A DNA stretch of 29,993 bases. It comes from a virus. Its lineage: Duplodnaviria > Caudoviricetes. A program made the position numbers and the translations under genes. This document shows positions 25,681-29,993 of this stretch, one piece after another (the first letter of the stretch is position 1; every line of letters starts with the position of its first letter). A model generated the notes under the pieces. That model was not told the DNA's origin. It saw only the letters and a program-made list of their open reading frames with translations, and ran no database searches. Location of the stretch: positions 1 through 29,993 of IMG/VR virus record IMGVR_UViG_3300022742_000004. One strand, given 5' to 3'.

Positions 25681-25690
25681 GGAGAACCAT

Positions 25691-26020
25691 ATGGACCAGG
25701 CCAGACGAGACGAGTTGCGACGGGCAGTCGCCAGAGCACGCAGCCTTCTGCAGCCCGGGGATCGGATCACATTTACGAGCTGCCCCGGCACGAAGCGCTG
25801 GGCGATCTTCACTGGCTTTGTCGGGTATCAAGGCCTCTGCATCGCTTCCCGCACGAGGGACGACATAAGCGCCCTCTCGATCACCAAGGTCAACGGGATC
25901 CCCACCGACTTTTCAGACGCGCGCGGCATGCCGATCTTGTCGCCCCATGATGAGCTGGTGAAGCACCTGGCGCCGGCAAAGCTCCAGCCGGCCGACCCTT
26001 TTGACGATCTTCCATTTTAG
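25691..26020 (+). CDS. Hypothetical protein
   Basis: GGAG RBS, MDQARRDE...; ends in DDLPF. Confidence 0.65.
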   Translation: MDQARRDELRRAVARARSLLQPGDRITFTSCPGTKRWAIFTGFVGYQGLCIASRTRDDISALSITKVNGIPTDFSDARGMPILSPHDELVKHLAPAKLQPADPFDDLPF

Positions 26021-26038
26021 TCAAGCGTAGGAAAGACA

Positions 26039-27313
26039 ATGCCAAAAGACCCCGATCCGAAAATCAAATACGTCGCCTGGCGCAACGGCCGGCCGCGCTT
26101 TGCCCCATCGAAGACGCTTCGAGAGCAAGGCCACCAGGGTATCGATCTGCGCCACGACGATGACCGCTGGATGACCGCCGGCGAGGCGCTGGAGTGGTCG
26201 CGTGAATTCGAGCGTAACCTGCACGAGCAGGCGCGCAAGGCCAAGCCGCGGAAGCGCACGCCGGCGACGGCGGCCGCGGCGCCGATCGGCCCCGCCTATC
26301 CGCTTCGCAAGCTGTTCCAGGAATGGCTGCACATCGAGCACAATCCGCGCATCGCGGATCTCGCCAAAAAGACCATCGACGAGTACCGCCTGAAAGAGGC
26401 CGTCGTCCGCAAGCATCTGCCGGATGCCTGGGAGGCCGAGGCCGAGGCCTTCACCCGGCCGATCTGCGTCGGCATGTACGACACGCTGCGGGTCGCGGTC
26501 GGCAACGCCCAGGCCGTCGCCACCATGCGCGTGCTCGGGATCGCCTTCACCTGGGCGATCCGCAGGGGCAAGATCAATCCGGAGAAGCCTAACCCGGCGC
26601 ACGGCCTGGGCATGAAGACACCGCCGCCACGGGTTCGCGTCGGGACGCGCGAGGAGATTGCCCAGCTCGTCGCCGTCGCCGATCGGCTCGGCCGGCCGGA
26701 GATCGGCGACATGATCATCCTGGGCGTCTGGTCCGGACAGCGCCAGGCCGACCGCCTGAACTACGGCATTGCGGGCAGACAGCGCGACAGGCTCACCCTG
26801 CGCCAGCTCAAGACGAAAAAGATCGTCTCGATGCCCGAGGCACCGATCCTTCGCCAGCGGCTCCAGGCGGCCGAGGAGAGGCGAAAGCGAGCCGAGGTGA
26901 TCTCTCCCTATGTCGTCCTCGACGAACGCCGCTGGTGCCCTCTCCTGTCGTCACATTACGCCCATGTCTTCGCCGAGATCCGCGACGCGGCGGCACTGGG
27001 TCTGCCGGCGACGAGCGAGCATCCGGCCATCAAGCCCATGCCGAGCCTGGTCGGCAAGCCGGATCCGGATCGCCCCGCCGTGGACGGCGAGCCCCTCCTC
27101 GCGCTTCGCGACCAGGACCTGCGCGATACAGCTGTAACCTGGCTGGCGAACGCCGGCTGCTCGATCCCCGAGATTTGCGCGATCACCGGCCACAGCATGA
27201 AGACGGCGCACGACGTGCTCAAGCACTATCTGGCGATCAATCCCGAGCTGGCAGATACCGCGATCGCGAAGATGGTCGCCTGGTACGACGACACGGAGGA
27301 TCAGGGGCAGTGA
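26039..27313 (+). CDS. int: Tyrosine recombinase / phage integrase
   Basis: SGQR..D, Q.KT, DLR.T, ITGHS and HY motifs; adjacent to the tRNA att core. Confidence 0.92.
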   Translation: MPKDPDPKIKYVAWRNGRPRFAPSKTLREQGHQGIDLRHDDDRWMTAGEALEWSREFERNLHEQARKAKPRKRTPATAAAAPIGPAYPLRKLFQEWLHIEHNPRIADLAKKTIDEYRLKEAVVRKHLPDAWEAEAEAFTRPICVGMYDTLRVAVGNAQAVATMRVLGIAFTWAIRRGKINPEKPNPAHGLGMKTPPPRVRVGTREEIAQLVAVADRLGRPEIGDMIILGVWSGQRQADRLNYGIAGRQRDRLTLRQLKTKKIVSMPEAPILRQRLQAAEERRKRAEVISPYVVLDERRWCPLLSSHYAHVFAEIRDAAALGLPATSEHPAIKPMPSLVGKPDPDRPAVDGEPLLALRDQDLRDTAVTWLANAGCSIPEICAITGHSMKTAHDVLKHYLAINPELADTAIAKMVAWYDDTEDQGQ

Positions 27314-27402
27314 TGGCGCTCACGATCGCTACATTTCCGCAATCGTGAGACACCCTTCCGACACCAAATGTTAACCATCTGAAAAGACACGATCCCCGAA
27401 AA

Positions 27403-27448
27403 ATTTGTAATCAGGGGGTCGCGAGTTCGAGTCTTGCTGGGGGCACCA
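27403..27448 (+). other. att core: 3' half of tRNA-Thr(UGU)
   Basis: ATTTGTAATCAGGGGGTCGCGAGTTCGAGTCTTGCTGGGGGCACCA contains the anticodon loop (TGT), T-arm, 3' acceptor strand and CCA; no 5' half upstream. Confidence 0.88.
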
Positions 27449-27532
27449 CTCATTTTTCGCGCGACGCCGCGCCTCTCCGACGCTTTCACATAGGAAATGC
27501 TTTTCTAGAGCGCTGCTTCCGGCAATGCCCGC

Positions 27533-27567
27533 TTGACGTATCCGCAAAACAAGAACATAAAGGGAAC
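27533..27567 (+). promoter_or_regulatory. Sigma70-type promoter overlapped by an alphaproteobacterial LexA box
   Basis: TTGACG (27533)-N17-CATAAA (27556); GAAC-ATAAAGG-GAAC at 27553-27567. Confidence 0.75.
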
Positions 27568-27584
27568 AAATGGAGGGTATACCG

Positions 27585-27752
27585 ATGCAGAACGATGCCC
27601 TGGAACGCGGAAAGGCGATCCTCGATGCCTGCCGGTCGCTGCGCGAGCGACAAATGGAGAATCGTCTCGAGCTCCAGCGCAAGGCGGCGGCCTCGGCCCG
27701 CCCGCTCTATGTGCTGAAGAGCAAGCGGCAGCTGGAACTGCGCCTGCAATGA
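27585..27752 (+). CDS. Small hypothetical protein, predicted SOS-inducible
   Basis: 55 aa with GGAGGG RBS; ends RQLELRLQ. Confidence 0.6.
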   Translation: MQNDALERGKAILDACRSLRERQMENRLELQRKAAASARPLYVLKSKRQLELRLQ

Positions 27753-27943
27753 CCGCGGTGCCCCGCATGCAGAAACCCTGCTCCGACGAAGCGGCCGAAA
27801 TCCTGGCGCTGCACGGCGGCGATGCGCTGGAGGCCTTGCGCACCCTTATCGCCGAACGCGATGCGGTCGAGGAACGTCTTGCGATCGCCGCCATCGCCAT
27901 GAGCATCGGCGGCCCGCGTCCCCGCCCGGCATGTGGCCGGTAA
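27749..27943 (+). CDS. Small hypothetical protein
   Basis: ATGA-coupled; ILALHGGDALEALRTLIAE motif. Confidence 0.6.
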   Translation: MTAVPRMQKPCSDEAAEILALHGGDALEALRTLIAERDAVEERLAIAAIAMSIGGPRPRPACGR

Positions 27944-28107
27944 GTTTCAAGGCCTCCCCGACGATCGGAGCGTTACTCCCCAGCAGCGATTGCCGTGCGG
28001 AAGCGAGTGTCCTATAGGCGTTGCTGGTTCAATCGGCGCCTGTGGCGCCTGCCCCGCGCCCGGCCACAGCCGGCGTGCGACCGGGGCGATCGTGCGGAGG
28101 AACGGAC

Positions 28108-28305
28108 GTGGCGGCAGACAAGGAAAAACCGGCTTCGAAGGTCACGGTGCAGAAGGACCGCAAGGGGCAGTATTTCTTCGCCCTCACCTTCCGCGGCGTC
28201 ACCTATCCGGTGAAAGGCCCCTTCGCCAACCCGATGCAGGCCGCCGCCGCCGGCCAGGCGGTGCTCAAGGGCCTCGAGGCGCAGGCGGAGAAGGGCTCGC
28301 ACTGA
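28108..28305 (+). CDS. Hypothetical protein
   Basis: GTG start with GGAGG RBS; host-like codon usage. Confidence 0.65.
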   Translation: MAADKEKPASKVTVQKDRKGQYFFALTFRGVTYPVKGPFANPMQAAAAGQAVLKGLEAQAEKGSH

Positions 28306-28415
28306 AGAGCGGCTCCCGCACCCCTGTCACATTTTTCAGATGCGCATGCCGTAAAGGCATGCGACAAAGACCGGCCCGACGGGCACCGTTCGAACGAGGA
28401 GATGCGGGATCCGGC

Positions 28416-29189
28416 ATGACGCGTAACTTCCACTCCCTTTCCTTCGTCGCCTCGCAGGCGGCCGAAGCGCAGGAAGCGCGCGAGGAGCTGATTTCCGTCT
28501 ACGGCAACACCGATCCCGAGGAGGCGGACGTGATCGTCGCGCTCGGCGGCGACGGCTTCATGCTCCAGACGCTGCACACGACCATGAGCACCGGCAAGCC
28601 GGTCTACGGCATGAACCGCGGCTCGGTCGGCTTCCTGATGAACCGCTACGATACGAAGGACCTGCCGGCCCGCATCGACGGCGCGGTGGAGAACGCCTTC
28701 CGGCCGCTGGAAATGGTGACGAACGATGCGAGCGGCCAGGAACGGCGCGCGCTCGCCATCAACGAGGTCTACGTCTTCCGCCAGTCCTACCAGGCGGCGA
28801 AGCTCAGGGTCAGCATCGACGGGCGCGTGCGGCTGGAGGAGCTGATCTGCGACGGGTTGCTTCTGGCGACGCCGGCCGGCTCGACGGCCTACAATCTTTC
28901 CGCCCATGGCCCCATCCTGCCGCTGGAGGCCCCGCTTCTGGCGCTCACCCCCGTCAGCGCCTTCCGCCCCCGGCGCTGGCGCGGCGCGCTGCTGCCCAAT
29001 AAGGTGACGGTGGAGATCGAGGTGCTGGAGGCGGAAAAGCGCCCGGTCAACGCGGTCGCCGACAATACCGAGGTCAAGTCCGTCACATCGGTGCGCATCG
29101 CCGAATCGGCCCATCTTGCGGCCCGTATCCTGTCCGATCCGGATCATTCCTGGTCCGACCGGATTCTTGCCGAACAGTTCGATTATTGA
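28416..29189 (+). CDS. nadK: NAD kinase
   Basis: ALGGDGFML, N.GS.GFL, AINE and DGLLLATPAGSTAYNLSAHGPI motifs. Confidence 0.97.
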   Translation: MTRNFHSLSFVASQAAEAQEAREELISVYGNTDPEEADVIVALGGDGFMLQTLHTTMSTGKPVYGMNRGSVGFLMNRYDTKDLPARIDGAVENAFRPLEMVTNDASGQERRALAINEVYVFRQSYQAAKLRVSIDGRVRLEELICDGLLLATPAGSTAYNLSAHGPILPLEAPLLALTPVSAFRPRRWRGALLPNKVTVEIEVLEAEKRPVNAVADNTEVKSVTSVRIAESAHLAARILSDPDHSWSDRILAEQFDY

Positions 29190-29220
29190 CGGATCGACGG
29201 AACCGAACGGACTTTTCGCC

Positions 29221-29712
29221 ATGAAGCGCCCCCTGCTTGCCAGCGCCCTCACCCTTCTCCTCCTTGCCGCGCCCGCCTTCGCCGAAGGCGAGCCGCCCGT
29301 GCCGGAGACGATCACCTTCGTGGTGAGCACCGGCTACTGGGAAGAGCCGGCCGACACGCAGGACGGCGAGACAGCGGAGGCCCCCGCCGGCAAGCAGGCG
29401 GAGATGCGCCGCGGCTACTACAAGCTGATCGCCGTGCGCCAGCCGGACGGCACGGCCGAAATCCATCTCCAGCAGATCGAATCGACGGCCGAAGGCCCGA
29501 AGATCGCCTCCTCCACCGAACTGGAGGAGTTTTCGGCGCTGAAACCCTACGTGACGGATATCCGCCCGGAAAACTCTTCCGGCATCACCGCGCAGCCCGG
29601 CCTCTTCGCCACCGTCTACCTCAAGACGGACCCGAAGGCGGCAGAGCCGGAAAGCTGGACGGTGCTGGTCGATGATCTCGGTGAGATCAGGATCGAGCGG
29701 GCGACGAACTGA
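29221..29712 (+). CDS. Exported hypothetical protein
   Basis: Signal peptide MKRPLLASALTLLLLAAPAFA. Confidence 0.8.
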   Translation: MKRPLLASALTLLLLAAPAFAEGEPPVPETITFVVSTGYWEEPADTQDGETAEAPAGKQAEMRRGYYKLIAVRQPDGTAEIHLQQIESTAEGPKIASSTELEEFSALKPYVTDIRPENSSGITAQPGLFATVYLKTDPKAAEPESWTVLVDDLGEIRIERATN

Positions 29713-29735
29713 GCCGCAAACGTTGCGGGTGGGCT

Positions 29736-29766
29736 GTGGATCCTCGGGCTTGACCCGAGGATCCAC
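29736..29766. repeat. Perfect 13-bp palindrome resembling rhizobial intergenic REP/RIME-like repeats
   Basis: GTGGATCCTCGGG-CTTGA-CCCGAGGATCCAC. Confidence 0.6.
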
Positions 29767-29781
29767 CAGGCGCCGATCGCA

Positions 29782-29807
29782 AAAACGGGCGCCGAAGCGC
29801 CCGTTTT
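29782..29807. terminator. Bidirectional terminator between convergent genes
   Basis: AAAACGGGCGC-CGAA-GCGCCCGTTTT. Confidence 0.85.
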
Positions 29808-29830
29808 CATTCCGGATATACAGGCCACCG

Positions 29831-29993
29831 TCAGTTCAGGTCGTCCACCACGGCATCGGCGCCGCCGTTGACGCGGTGGGCGAGCGCGGCTTCCATGAAC
29901 TCGTCGATTTCGCCGTCGAGGACGTCCGAGGGCGCCGTGCTTTCCACACCCGTGCGAAGGTCCTTGACCAGCTGGTAGGGCTGGAGGACGTAG
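29831..29993 (-). CDS. prfB: Peptide chain release factor 2, C-terminal part
   Basis: Manual translation [53 protein letters not shown]. Confidence 0.95.
   Translation of the reverse strand, partial: YVLQPYQLVKDLRTGVESTAPSDVLDGEIDEFMEAALAHRVNGGADAVVDDLN

Larger units (their letters stand above)
1..27448. mobile_element. Prophage (temperate podovirus-like), right part; left end outside the window
   Basis: Contiguous virion, terminase, replication, immunity and integrase modules ending at a tRNA-Thr 3'-half att core; housekeeping genes (nadK, prfB) lie further right. Confidence 0.95.

Noticed and set aside
27371-27378. CtrA half-site TTAACCAT
   Set aside because: A single 8-mer not linked to a promoter; better explained as part of the IHF-like att arm site
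27403-27448. Functional tRNA-Thr gene
   Set aside because: The 5' acceptor strand and D-arm are absent; this is an att remnant
1-27448. Diversity-generating retroelement, as in BPP-1-like phages
   Set aside because: No reverse transcriptase or TR/VR pair is seen; the tail-fibre and lysis regions lie outside the window

Overview
Positions 1-27448 are the right-hand ~27.4 kb of an integrated temperate podovirus-type prophage in a GC-rich Rhizobiaceae-like alphaproteobacterium. It has a T7/BPP-1-like portal-scaffold-capsid-tail tube module. The minus strand carries a Cro-like gene, a long early/replication operon (ParB-like, DUF5131, HTH regulator, Toprim primase, GapR-like, Gp49/Acb4-like, SF3 helicase), terminases and virion genes, ending in an SLT-containing protein cut by the window edge. 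The plus strand carries a CI-like repressor that appears to lack its autocleavage residues, an Xis-like operon and a tyrosine integrase, followed by the 3' half of tRNA-Thr(UGU) (att core). Beyond att lie a LexA-boxed small-gene pair, nadK, an exported protein and the 3' end of prfB. The most notable non-coding signals are three. (1) A phage-specific late-promoter signature (CnnAsTsAAC-N16-nAnnnT) precedes terL, the portal operon, the capsid gene and the tail genes. (2) A four-unit, 35-bp-period array just downstream of cI repeats that upstream box but has no -10 element, suggesting a decoy or small-RNA control system. (3) A near-perfectly symmetric 234-bp iteron/IHF element lies upstream of terS and is a probable origin. 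All family assignments come from motif recognition by eye; no searches were run.
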